Source: Octopus bimaculoides
Lineage: Eukaryota
Direction of reading: 5' to 3'
NCBI RefSeq assembly: GCF_001194135.2
Contig: NC_068984.1
Coordinates: forward strand, 58,284,402 to 58,348,401
Length of the DNA stretch: 64,000 nucleotides
Positions 1 to 64,000 of the stretch are shown here, piece by piece; position 1 is the first letter of the stretch, and each line of letters begins with the position of its first letter. A model generated the notes under the pieces. It was given only the letters and a program-made list of their open reading frames with translations. It was not told where the DNA came from and searched no databases. Made by a program: the position numbers and the translations under genes.

Positions 1-59
1 TATATATATATATATATATATATATATTGAACAAAAGAAGTTGGTGTGGAAGTGTTAAT

Positions 60-845
60 ATGAAAGGCTGCTGAACTTGGAGGACATGGAATGAACAGAG
101 ATTACCTCAGGCTAACCCGATAGAAGGACCTGTAATCTAGGTTGACAGCAGTGTGGTAGATAAAGTAATCAAGAATATGAAGACGGGTCGAGTGTCAGGC
201 TCATTGGAGATAGTGGTAGGGATGCTCAAAATATCTGACGAAGTAGGATACATGGTTACCATTTAGATAGTTAATCGAGTCAAAGAGGTAGATGATATAC
301 CCAATGAGTGGCGTAGCAGTGTCTCTATAAACTGCTATAAGGGCAAAGGTGATGCCTAACAGAAATCAAACATTTGGACCAAGTTATGAAGGTCATAGAG
401 AAAGTTATAACTCAGTTGATCCATGGTAGAGTGAACCTGGGTAAGATGCAATTTGGTTTTGTGCCCAGGAGAGAGACCATTGATGAAATCTTCCTAGTGA
501 GGAGAAATACATGGATAAAAATAAACTACTATTCCTGGTTTTCATTGATTTGGAGAAAGAATCTGACAGAGTACCACATTCGGTCATTTAGTGGGCTCTG
601 AGGAAACTAGGTGTAGATAAATGGCTTGAGCGGGCTGTTCAAGCTATGTACAGGAATGCTATAAGTAAAGTGAGAGTTGGCAATGCCTTCAGTGATGAAT
701 TTAGAGTGAAGGTAGGAGTCCATCAGGGTTCAGTTCTCAGTCCTCTTCTATTCATCATTGTCCTCCAGGCCATCACTGAAGAGTTTAAGACTGGCTATCA
801 ATGGGAATTCTTATATGCTGATGATCTAGTCCTCACAACAATGAG
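60..845 (+). mobile_element. Degenerate RTE-clade LINE, reverse-transcriptase fragment
   Basis: MQFGFVPRRETIDEIF and GVHQGSVLSPLLFIIVL...LYADDLV motifs, broken by stops and frameshifts. Confidence 0.88.
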
Positions 846-1619
846 TTGCTGCATAATTAACGTCACCTGGTAGAGTCAATAAAGTATCCCCTTGGACATG
901 AATAAATAATAAACGATGTAGGAGTGAAAAGCTTCACATGATAGAATCATGTCCATTGATTGGATGATACTTAATAAACAATGTTTTGTATCGAGACAAC
1001 TGGAGTTGTCTCATCTCCTTTGTCATTAAAAGATGAATAGTTAGCATATGAATAAGTTTATTTTGCGGGTTTACCTGCATATGCTCAGCAGGTTTTCTAT
1101 TTTGACTGGACCGTCATAAATTTAATGAAGTGGTTTTTATTTTGAGAGTTTACATGTTCAGCAGGTTTTCTATTTTGAGTGGACCTTCTTAAATTTGACG
1201 AAATAGTTTCTAATTGAGTTTGAATATCTTGAGTTATCGTATTTCTTTGATCTTGATTCATAAATAGTGGTATTGACGGCTCTCTCCTCCATCCTAACTA
1301 TTTAACATACCGCATCAAGGTGAAAGGCCCGACTAATATTTCAAACATGATGATACTTTTCTGCTTCATCACCTGACCAGCTTATCACTTGGAATGACCT
1401 GGTCAAGTATCAAGTACATATACTAGATCTCTCCTACTGTACCTTGGTATATTAGTTAATTTTGGTGAATGTTTTTCATTTCTAGGTTTCATCATATTAA
1501 AAACACAGCGATTTTTTCTCTGATACATTATTTATGCAGGTGACTTGCCCCCAGGCACAGGTGCATTAGGTGTTATTTTGTAGTTCATTAAAAAAAGTTG
1601 CAAATTGTTTTCTAGCTTA

Positions 1620-2344
1620 CTACTCCCGCTTAAGGTTATCCGCAAATCTCTCTGCTAACCCATTGAATTGTGGATGATGTGGAGGAGTTCTTACAAGATT
1701 GATACCATTTTACTTTCAAAATATTGTGAATTCTAGAGAAGTGAATTGTGGACCGTTATCCGATACTAAAACTTCTGGTAACACAAATCTTAAAAAAACT
1801 CGACGTAGCTTTTGTATTGTGGATGAAGTTGTTGTTTGACTCGTAATGAAGACCTCCGACCATTTAGATATTGCGTCGACCATGATAAAAAAAAAGTAGT
1901 TGTCATTATAAAGTCCTGCAAAATCTTATGTATACTCTAGACTTTGGTGCTTTGGGAATTGATCAAGGAGTGTTTACCTGAATTGGTAATTTTGAGGCTT
2001 TTGCACATTTTGAATATGCTTTCACAAGAGACTCAATAACTTTGTCAAGTGCCGGCCAATAAATATAGCTTCTTGCTAAAGCCTTCATTCTTGAAGTTCC
2101 TAGATGGTGTGCATGAAATTGGTTAAGTACCAACTTTTTAAGACTGTTTGGAATAAAGTACAATTAGCCATCATTAAACAGTCACCAATAACTGAGAGAT
2201 AATCCCGCTTCAAATAATAACTAACTATTCCTAAAACAGAACGTAAATTTAGTTACTTCTGTGGGTGGTGGTAATTGCTTGATAATTGCCATATTTCCAA
2301 GATCTGGAAAACGACCATCTTTCTTCACGACAAAACTTAAATAT

Positions 2345-2383
<39 letters not shown>

Positions 2384-2480
2384 TACAAGGGGTATTCATT
2401 AAAAATTTCTCCTGACCCACTTCCGGTTATTGCAGGAATCGGAACTTGTACAGGCATAATTATACGTCTCTACATGTCAC
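1620..2480 (-). mobile_element. Ty3/gypsy LTR-retrotransposon pol remnant (integrase and RT/RNaseH pieces)
   Basis: Minus strand: FHAHHLGTSRMKALARSYIYWP (integrase Zn finger) and DNGPQFTS...PPHHPQFNGLAERF (rve core). PDLGNMAIIKQLPPP lies near 2300. Confidence 0.82.
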
Positions 2481-2569
2481 ATAGTAAATTGTAGCTTTCC
2501 ACTAGTATTCGTTTGTCTTTTACGGCTGCTGAAGTGGCCTAAGGTGTTGTAATGAGGCAGTTGAATGCA

Positions 2570-3436
2570 GATCAGTGATCGGGGCTCTTATACTTGAAAG
2601 GTTGTACACCAAAAGCAACTTTCGATGAGATGAAAGAAGTTTATGGTGTCGATGCACTATCATATCACGTAATCAAGCACTGGTATTGCCAGTTCATATG
2701 TGGATGGACATCGGTGGAAACTGCTCCTATTCCTGGACGATTACATTTCACCATTGATGACGATACCATCCATAAAGTGGAAGCTGGCATTTTGGAGGAT
2801 CACCGCATAACTATTCGTCAACTAGCCCAAGAAGTGAAGATAAGAGTAGGGTCCATGGAAAAAATCACGACCATTTGCACATGCGGAAGTTGTCTGCGCG
2901 ATGGATTCCCCGGATACACACACCTTTTCAGAAGCAGGAACGAGTCAATTGCTCCCAGGCTCTTTTGGCAATGTGCCAAGAAAACAAGGAGGACGTTTTC
3001 GGCAGACTTATCACACAAAATGAAACATGGGTTCATCACTATGATCTGGAAACTCAAGTCCGGTCGAAGCAATGGAAGCATGATAACTCACCATCTCCAA
3101 AGAAGACTTGTGTCCGCCCTCAGCAGGCAAGGTGATGCTCACAGTCTATTGGGACCAGCACGGAGTAGTGATGATAGATTTTACTGGCAAAGGGCACTAC
3201 AATAAATGAAAAATATTATGCTTCTCTGCTGCAGAAATTGCGGGACGTCATCAAAACAGAGAGGCTTAGCATGCTGACCAAAGGAATCGTCCTTTTCCAA
3301 GACAACATCTCAGTTCACGATGTGCATGTTGCCCAGATGAAAGCACACTTCTGCAGCTATGAAATCCTTCCTCATCCTCCTTACTCTCCCGACGTCGCAC
3401 CATCTGATTTCCATTTTTTTCCAATCACAAAGTCAT
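2570..3436 (+). mobile_element. Frameshifted mariner (DD34D-type) transposase relic
   Basis: RKLSARWIP, ITQNETWVHHY, LFQDN and LPHPPYSPDVAPSDF motifs spread over three frames; cut at the 3' end by a microsatellite/RTE tail. Confidence 0.9.
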
Positions 3437-3450
3437 TTATATATATATAT

Positions 3451-3479
<29 letters not shown>

Positions 3480-3497
<18 letters not shown>

Positions 3498-3690
3498 TTA
3501 ACGTCCATGGTTCAAACTAGCATAGGTTGGACAGTTTGCTAAGGACCCAATCAGTCAAAGACTGCATTGTACTCTGCTGTCTGTTTTGGCATGGTTTCTA
3601 CGGCTGGAAGTCCTTCCTAATACCAGTCTCTTTACAGTGTGGATTAAGTGCTTCATTGTGGGACCAGCACTGATGAGGTCACGATGTAGG
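3480..3690 (-). mobile_element. RTE LINE 3' end with (ATG)n tail
   Basis: (cat)n-ttaacgtcc...catrggttggac motif shared with 8025, 10340, 26350, 28560 and 43685. Confidence 0.7.
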
Positions 3691-3914
3691 TCCCAACTCA
3701 ACAAACCCAGGAAGAGAGGAAATGAAAATCCAATGAGTGCACAGTACACGTCTGTACTGTAGGCATAACAGCCAGAAATTGATACGGCCTATTGGCACGA
3801 AAATTTTCACGTAAGCACAGGAAGGTGGCATCACCTCCCACCTAAAGGATTTTGCCCATATGGCATTAGTTTTGATGGGGAAAAAAAATAAAATCGGATA
3901 CTTTTTGAACACAG

Positions 3915-4002
3915 CTCATACGTATATGTGTGTGTATGTGTGTGTGTGTGTGTGTGTGCATGTGTGTGTGTATATATGTATATATATATATATATGTGTG
4001 TG

Positions 4003-4047
<45 letters not shown>

Positions 4048-4082
4048 GTGTGTGTCTGTATATATATATATATGTATATATA

Positions 4083-4150
<68 letters not shown>

Positions 4151-4200
4151 CACACTCATGTGTACACATATACCCAAATGCATGCACATGTATACAATAC
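3915..4200. repeat. Compound (TG)n/(TA)n microsatellite, representative of dozens in the window: (CA)n 4960-5040, (CT)n 31830-31940, (ATGT)n 36510-37090, (AAT)n tracts 19.8-24.6 kb
   Basis: Read directly; these tracts account for most low-complexity ORFs in the track. Confidence 0.97.
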
Positions 4201-4536
4201 ATCCCCATGCAGTGCTTGTAGAAGTCAACAACAACAATCCTGGTAGTGTTACAAAATATTTACCTGTCCCTTGATATTGAATAAACTTCCTTTTGTATTA
4301 ATTTCTTGCCTTGTACCAACGTAAGCAACCAATATTCAGATTGTTTTAAAATATCCATCAATTGTTCTGGAATTGGTTTCATATTTGGCTTTCAAGAATC
4401 AATAACAATGTGGCTGACAAAAGTAAAATATGTGTGCTTTCTTCTTATTTTCTTTACTCTTATTGTGTTTTTGTTTTAGCTTTTATCTGGTATTCTTGAC
4501 AGAAGGATTTCATTGTCTATTGATACTATTTTCTAG

Positions 4537-4590
4537 GTTCTCAAATCTCTGTCATGGTAACAATGACTTATGAAGGTGTCAGTCCACCAG
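4537..4590 (+). CDS. Candidate upstream exon (GSQISVMVTMTYEGVSPP), phase 1-1
   Basis: ttttctag acceptor, cag|gtaatt donor, open frame, 54 nt. No diagnostic motif. Confidence 0.4.
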
Positions 4591-4958
4591 GTAATTCGCA
4601 TTCGTGTTTCTTTAACAATACGAACGAAAACGAAGAGTCAAAGTGCTGCACTGGCGACGCCCAACCTGCTATAAAGAGACCCTTACGGCAAAGTGACAGC
4701 ATCTCAATGCAATACAACAAAGCTGGAATTTTCATGGGAAAATTAGTCACATGCAATATGGTATCAAGGGAAGAATACCCTTTTAAAGTAAGGATCAAAC
4801 ATTTTCTTTAACTGCACACAAATAGTGTTCAGCTTATAATTGTGGGGAGAATATTATCAAATATCACATTTAGTACTTTATTTGATCCTTTCTGGGTCAA
4901 TGAAATAAAGTGTCAGTCAAATGCTATGGCCAATGTTATCAGTTAACTGCTATACACG

Positions 4959-5042
<84 letters not shown>

Positions 5043-5097
5043 AAAAAATTATGTCATGTGCCTAAGCTAGAAATAATATTTATATTTTATGCATAGA

Positions 5098-5263
5098 CGC
5101 AGGTGTGGCTGTGTGGTAAGAAGTCTGCCTCCCAACCACATGGTTCTGTGTTCAGTTTCACTGTGAGGCACCTTGGACAAGCATCTTCTACTCTAACATC
5201 AGGCTGACCAAAGCCTTGTGAGTGGATTTGGTAGACAGAAACTGAAGGAGACCCATCATGTAT

Positions 5264-5295
<32 letters not shown>

Positions 5296-5719
5296 GATTG
5301 ACCGTTGACTGAACACTATTCAATTTTTTTTTTTTTNNNNNNNNNNNNNNNNNNNNNNNNNNNNNNNNNNNNNNNNNNNNNNNNNNNNNNNNNNNNNNNN
5401 NNNNNNNNNNNNNNNNNNNNNNNNNNNNNNNNNNNNNNNNNNNNNNNNNNNNNNNNNNNNNNNNNNNNNNNNNNNNNNNNNNNNNNNNNNNNNNNATATG
5501 CATTTCAAAATATAACCACATGTAGATTGTTGGTGATTTTTTCCCTCCATCTTCCTTTACTCTTGGAATTTCCTCTGTCTCCTGTTTCTGAAGAAGAGCT
5601 TTGCTCAAAACATAAAACTAACTTCCTTTCTTTCCCTGAGCATCTGCTAATACTTTGCATGTACCACATCCTTGCGTTGTTGTTTTTCCTTGTGCTTTTT
5701 CTTCATTTTTTTTTATTAA

Positions 5720-5770
<51 letters not shown>

Positions 5771-5975
5771 TGTTTGTCCCCCACCATTGCTTTACAACTA
5801 ATGTTGGTTTGTTTATGCCCCTGTAACCTAGCAGTTTGGCAAAAGAGATTTATAGAAAGAGTAGTGGGCTTACAAAAATAAGTCTGAGGTTAGTTTGTTT
5901 TACTAAAACCCTTCAAGGCAATGCCCCAGCATGGCTGCAGTCAAATGACTGAAACAAGTGAAAGGTTAAAGGTAT
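5098..5975 (+). mobile_element. tRNA-derived SINE family A (gtggctgtgtggtaagaag... head, internal microsatellite, ...gactgaaacaagtaaaag tail). Other copies at about 13700-14040, 18270-18440, 34027-34450, 42372-42850 (+), 30830-31210 (-), 37430-37560, 38000-38220, 47990-48125 (-), 61200-61440
   Basis: Recurring tRNA-like head with A/B-box-like segments, a ccttgggcaagt block and a shared 3' end across about 10 copies. Confidence 0.85.
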
Positions 5976-6394
5976 GAAAATTTTACTCCATTTCATCCAC
6001 TGACTGTAGCAAAAGAAAAAGAGAGTAGCAAATTGCTGTAACTTGGTATTGTTACTATGTAGCATTGATGGTCAAGACAGATCCACAGAATTATGTGGAC
6101 CAGTTTGACAAAGCTGGCAAGGAATGAAAGTAGGATAAAACTGATAAGAATTTCATTGGCTTATAGGGTTGAATACAATTCTTCTTAAGTCCTATGTAAA
6201 GAGAAATGTACCCATTATTTGTTTAACACAATGAGAACTTGGTACAAACAACAGTTTGTTATGAAGAAAAAGTCATTACAATACTTTCACTGGTAGGTGT
6301 CAAACTTTATTGGAATGTATCCTTAGTTTTAAATGATTGAATGGCAATTCTTTTATTTAATACCTGACCGTTCTATTAAAATTTGTTCATTCAG

Positions 6395-6462
6395 CAATTC
6401 AAACATTTGAAATGGCTACCTTTAAAAGTTGGAATGCAGACAACTGCATTGGATGGATACAG
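6395..6462 (+). CDS. Candidate exon (AIQTFEMATFKSWNADNCIGWIQ), phase 1-0
   Basis: tttgttcattcag acceptor and a weak cag|gtgtaa donor. Its phases would link 4537-4590 to 10915. Confidence 0.25.
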
Positions 6463-7312
6463 GTGTAAAATTATAGTCAGAATAAAAATATGAAATTTGT
6501 AGTATCAGCATCAGTTTGCAGACAGAGTTCTTTAAAACTGCAGATAAAATATTCTCATATACTTAGTAGTAGATCTCTGCATTAGAGCATGAGAATAATA
6601 TGAGAAGCAATATGACTTCTGTTTACACCTACCATGTATTTTTAATTGGATTGATCAACTTTATATTGTGACTATATTCCAATTCTGTTCTTAATATTTC
6701 CATCGAAAACATACTTTCCACATAGCACTGTTGGCATTTTCACAAACACACTGAAATACACTAGGATTGAATAAATTACCTCATTTATCAAAATATGCTG
6801 TCATCATTGCCATTGTCTTCATTGTCATCACCACCAGCAGCAGCATTAACTCATATCTGAGTAGTTAGTCTGTAGTGAGTGATCAAATCTCTTCATTTTG
6901 ATGGGTGCAAAGAGTGTTGGTGTGGTGGCTGTTCAGGCCAAGGGCAATATGGAAGTCTTTCTACCACTGTAGCAGGTCTTCAATGGTTGCAGTAAGCCAC
7001 CCAGGGAGAAAAAGTGGTGTCCAATGTTTATCCCACCTTTCAGCATATACACTGTTAAGCAAATTACACATTCAAATTTATCTCAGTCATAGTTTGTGTA
7101 CAATATAAATAGCTATAATTTACTAATCCCTAAGGGCAGAAGAAATAAACTTGTGGAGTGACCATTTTGTTTACTTATCACAGGCAGATTAAAATTGTAA
7201 ATTTATAATAAAAATGTATACCTTCTTTTATAAAATATACTATGTATACATTTGCATGTGTGAACCCATACATAAAAGTACATATGTATATATATGATGA
7301 TATATATATATG

Positions 7313-7347
<35 letters not shown>

Positions 7348-8024
7348 GGTTTAGATATAGATTCAAGGCTTGAATATGGTACTTATGCGAAGGCACCCGA
7401 ATTTCACATCCCAAAAGGATGGGTGATTAAAATCAAATAATAAGCAACACGGATTTCAAAAGTGATTGCAGTACGCACGTTTCATGCTACTTCAATTTAT
7501 TTAAGTAATGTGAGCATTACCTTAAATGCAATATGAAGAGCAATCTTCAGCTGCACGAAAAAATGTAGAAAAAAGACATATTACAAATGTGGCAACATAT
7601 TAAAACCAAGTGGGAGAGAGCNNNNNNNNNNNNNNNNNNNNNNNNNNNNNNNNNNNNNNNNNNNNNNNNNNNNNNNNNNNNNNNNNNNNNNNNNNNNNNN
7701 NNNNNNNNNNNNNNNNNNNNNNNNNNNNNNNNNNNNNNNNNNNNNNNNNNNNNNNNNNNNNNNNNNNNNNNNNNNNNNNNNNNNNNNNNNNNNNNNNNNN
7801 NNNNNNNNNNNNNNNNNNNNNNNNNNNNNNNNNNNNNNNNNNNNNNNNNNNNNNNNNNNNNNNNNNNNNNNNNNNNNNNNNNNNNNNNNNNNNNNNNNNN
7901 NNNNNNNNNNNNNNNNNNNNNNNNNNNNNNNNNNNNNNNNNNNNNNNNNNNNNNNNNNNNNNNNNNNNNNNNNNNNNNNNNNNNNNNNNNNNNNNNNNNN
8001 NNNNNNNNNNNNNNNNNNNNNNNN

Positions 8025-8736
8025 CATCATTGTTTAACGTCTGCTTTCCATGCTGGCATGGGTTGGACAGCTTGACTGAGGATTGGCAAGCCAGATGGCT
8101 GCATCAGGCTCCAATCTGATCTGGCAGAGTTTCTACAGCTGGATGCCCTTCCTAATGCCAACCACTCTGAGAATGTAGTGGGTGCTTTTTACATGCCACC
8201 GGCACAAGGGCCAGTCAGGTGGTACTGGCAATGGCCACACTTGAATGGTGTTTTTTACGTGCCACCTGCACAGGAGCCAGTCCAGTGGCACTGGCAACGA
8301 CCTCGCTCAAATGTTGTTTTTCACATGCCACCGGCACAAGTGCCAGTAAGGCGACGCTGGTAACGATCACGATCGAATGGTGCTTTTTACATGCCACCGG
8401 CACAGGAGCCAGTCAGCGGTCCTGACAACGATCACGCTTGGATGGTGCTCTTAATGTTCCAGTAGCATGGATGCCAGTCAGGCGGTGCTGTCATTGGCTA
8501 TGTCAGTGAATTAGATTTCGATTTCACTTGCCTCAACAGGTCTTCACAAGCAAAATTTAGTGTCCGATAAAAGAAAGGTACGCATAAAAAGTATCACACC
8601 CTTGCGGTTGAGGGAACCTGTGGAAGAGGTAGACCCAGGAAGACCTGGGATGAGGTGGTGAAATACGACCTTCGAACATTAAGCCTCACCGAGGCAATGA
8701 CTAGTGACCGAGACCTTTGGAAATATACTGTGCTTG
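8025..8736. mobile_element. 5'-inverted RTE LINE insertion (tail at left)
   Basis: 8025 to about 8590 is the 3'UTR and tail on the minus strand; about 8587-8736 is the ORF end on the plus strand (GRGRPRKTWDEVV...DRDLWKY). Confidence 0.8.
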
Positions 8737-9221
8737 AAGGCATAGACAAAATTACTAGGAGCATAGGGAAGTAGTGGGATGACCAAAGAAATGTACTTGT
8801 TTCTGTAAGATATAAATCTCACTTTGATGTTGTTTGATTAGCTTTTCTGCCCATTGAAATTTGTCTGTTGATGGTTGGGCTTCCTCCTCACAGTTTGCTG
8901 GTATTAAAAAAGCAATACTCTGTTATAACTCTATAATAGGGTATGAAGCATTTTGGCCTTGCCTATTTGGCTTTGTTGATTTAACACTGACTAATCTAAC
9001 ATCAGACATCTTGATATTTCTCTCATTCTTTGTCTCTGTCCATCTGTCTATCTGTTTGTATATTTGCCTGTCTGTCTGTTTGTCTCTGATTATGTGAGAG
9101 AACATATTTCCCTTCATCTGTTTGAGGAGGGAGAAGTGTTTATACCAATTGTGTTTAACTTATAAAGTGTAATCTCTCTCTCTCTTTCTCTCTCTTTTGT
9201 TGTATATGTATATTTCTGCAG

Positions 9222-9269
<48 letters not shown>

Positions 9270-9423
9270 AACCCAGTGCCAAAAAAGTTCAATAATTAGT
9301 CAGCTGTGCCAAACCCGTGGTGTCCAAACAACCACACTCAATCGTCTCATTCTGTCCATAACACAGTCTAAGTTTAGATCATTTGTACATAAATGGCAGA
9401 CCAGTATTGACTCTTCACAGTTT
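8737..9423 (+). repeat. About 690-bp direct duplication, copy 1 (copy 2 at 12860-13626)
   Basis: Near-identical from aaggcatagacaaa to gactcttcacagttt; copy 2 contains an N-gap. Confidence 0.93.
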
Positions 9424-9433
9424 CTGTGTGAAA

Positions 9434-9471
<38 letters not shown>

Positions 9472-9664
9472 TTACACACACACACATATATATATATATC
9501 ATCATCATCTTCATCATTTAACATCCATTGTCCGTGCTGGCATGGGTTGGATGCAGGGACAATGGATGTTAAATGATGATGATGATAATATGTATATGTG
9601 TGTATATATATATATACACACACACACATATATATATATACACACATACACATACACCCCCCCC

Positions 9665-9702
<38 letters not shown>

Positions 9703-9704
<2 letters not shown>

Positions 9705-10340
9705 CTCAGCCCAGGTCTTCCTCGGCCTACCTCTTCCACGGGTTCCCTCAACTGTTAGGGAGTGGCACTTTTTCACGCAGCTATCCTCATTCATTCTCAC
9801 CACATGTCCAAACCAGCGCAATCGTCTCTCTTGCACACGACTACTGATGCTTCTTATGTTCAGCTTTTCTCTCTAGATACTTACACCGTCAGATGACTAC
9901 TGACCGAGACCTTTGGAAATGTGCTGTGCGTGAGAAGACCCGGCAAGCCAAGTGAGATTGTTGCCAGGGCCCCTGGACTGGCTCTTGTGTGGGTGGCACA
10001 TAAGATGTACCATCCTGAGCGTGACCGTTGCCAGTACCGCCTGACTGGCCTTGTAGGGTTTTTGAGCGAGATCGTTGCCAGTGCCCCTGGACTGGCTCTT
10101 GTGCGGGTGGCACATAAAAGACACCATTTCGAGCGTGGCCGTTTTCGTGCGGGTGACACGTAAAAGCACCCACTACACTCTCTGAGTGGTTGGCGTTAGG
10201 AAGGGCATCCAGCTGTTGAAACTCTGCCAAATTAGATTGGAGCCTGGTGTTGCCATCCGGTTTCACCAGTCCTCAGTCAAATCGTCCAACCCATGCTAGC
10301 ATGGAAAGCGGACGTTAAACGATGATGATGATGATGATGA
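9703..10340. mobile_element. 5'-inverted RTE LINE insertion (tail at right)
   Basis: 9703-9890 minus strand reads QERRLRWFGHV...GRPRKTWAEV; 9890-10340 plus strand reads MTTDRDLW, then 3'UTR and (GAT)n. Confidence 0.85.
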
Positions 10341-10914
10341 TATATATAAAGATACATACATATATGAATATATATGTATGTAAGTATATATATATGAAAT
10401 AGAGACTAGTTGAAAGAAATAAGAATGTAAAAACATTCCTTATATGCTTCTGGTAACCAGAAAAATATGAAGGAGCTTTCTGATAGGCTGTTTCATCGTA
10501 TGCTATCTGTTCTTCAGAAGAGACTTAGTTTTCTTCCCCAATCAACAGTGTAGAATGTTCAACTGTTTTATATACCAGTCATAAATAATATTTGTTACCT
10601 TCAAGCTTACAGATCATTATTTCTAGTCTATGTTGAAATTCAGTTGTTGACAGATTGCATTTAGTTGATTAAATCATTAATATCATTTTAATTAGGATTT
10701 ATTTAATCCTGAGTATGAGCAAATATAAGCACTTGCAAGATTTAAACACAGAGTCAAGAATTATGGAAGATCAGTATATTTCAATTTGACTACTCTGATG
10801 GTGTTGTGAGAATGTCTGATGCTTCTGATATTGTTATTGCACAGAATCTCATGGAACATTATATTTTCTTTAATATTTTAAGGTTGAAAATTACATTTAC
10901 TTTAATATTTTCAG

Positions 10915-63297
<52,383 letters not shown>

Positions 63298-63489
63298 GTT
63301 AGTTTCTAGAAATCATTTAAAAACTATGTGCACATAATCTTCAGGAAATTCACTGAAGCACATCCCCATTTATAGACATTACAGTAATCAATGTTCTATT
63401 CTAAAGCAGTAGTTAGAAATGATTGAGCATTCTTAAAATAGTCTATTTATAAAAGAGTGACAGCTTAGTAAATTCTGCTGAATATTTGA

Positions 63490-63870
63490 TGAATCAGGAT
63501 GGGTGCATGCTACTCAGTTGTGAGCAGATGTGTGCAGCTTTCCAGCAGCAATTTATGTGGATGTTTGAGGAGTGCAATGGGTTGATGATGGTAATGAACT
63601 TGAGTTAATACTTGGACAGGTTACTGCAGTTCTCAGCTGCAGATGCAAGGTTCTGTGAAAAGCTGATAACAGCTGCTGAAATATGTGAGGTGATGAGCAA
63701 TTGCACAAGCTGCAAATCACTTGGTTTGGATTGTTTGCCTTATGAGTTCTATGAGTTTAGGCCAAATTTGTTTGGTAGCCTCTTGGCAGATGTTTACCAA
63801 AATTGGCGAACAAAATGGGAGAATTCCTAGTGCTGTTAACCAGGGTGTGGTAATGCTGTTGAGGAAAGAC
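63490..63870 (+). mobile_element. Degenerate LINE ORF2 fragment (L1/Tx1-like RT N-terminus)
   Basis: ITAAEICEVM...KSLGLDCLPYEFY...IPSAVNQGVVMLLRK. Confidence 0.6.
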
Positions 63871-64000
63871 ACTGACAACGTTATTAATTTCATTTTTGCT
63901 ATGAGTACCAGGGATACTCTAATGTGAGAGAACATTAACATACAATAAGAATTAATGTTGATCCTGCATTCCATAATTAGGCTATAAATGTTTTTTTAAG

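Noticed and set aside
1040-1210. About 75-bp diverged tandem duplication
   Set aside because: Only two decayed units with no informative structure; possibly part of the neighbouring gypsy relic.
3831-4274. Many YI/CV/HT-repeat ORFs here and throughout the window
   Set aside because: Products of dinucleotide and tetranucleotide microsatellites.
7581-8119. Long X-filled ORFs (also 5087-5826, 13052-13574, 15492-16511)
   Set aside because: Artefacts of reading through N-gaps.
8160-8460. Regularly spaced repeats (cttttacatgccaccggcacaag...) that look like a CRISPR array; also 9960-10170 and 26540-26830
   Set aside because: The spacers are similar to one another, the units are internal to RTE 3'UTRs, the context is eukaryotic, and there are no cas genes.

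Overview
AT-rich, microsatellite-dense eukaryotic genomic DNA with six N-gaps. The repeat families look like those of an octopus or other coleoid cephalopod (inference). One large plus-strand, multi-exon gene fragment runs through the window. I can chain 20 exons from 10915 to 63297 (about 1,380 codons), all with AG/GT boundaries and matching phases. They encode a polycystin-1-family protein: PKD-like Ig repeats, REJ module, GAIN/GPS (HM|T), TM1 and the start of the PLAT domain. The gene is incomplete at both ends, and two weaker candidate exons lie upstream. The introns hold a broad transposon collection: RTE LINEs (two with 5' inversions), a Ty3/gypsy remnant, several mariner relics (two folded back on themselves), a near-complete DD36E Tc1, a maT-like element, a Penelope-like element with GIY-YIG, a cluster of R4/Dong-clade retroelements nested in (AAT)n, and several tRNA-derived SINE families. 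The most notable unannotated items are an intact minimal hammerhead-ribozyme motif in a Penelope-associated repeat, the AAT-targeted retroelement cluster, and several long fold-back structures. No CRISPR arrays, rRNA or genuine tRNA genes were seen.
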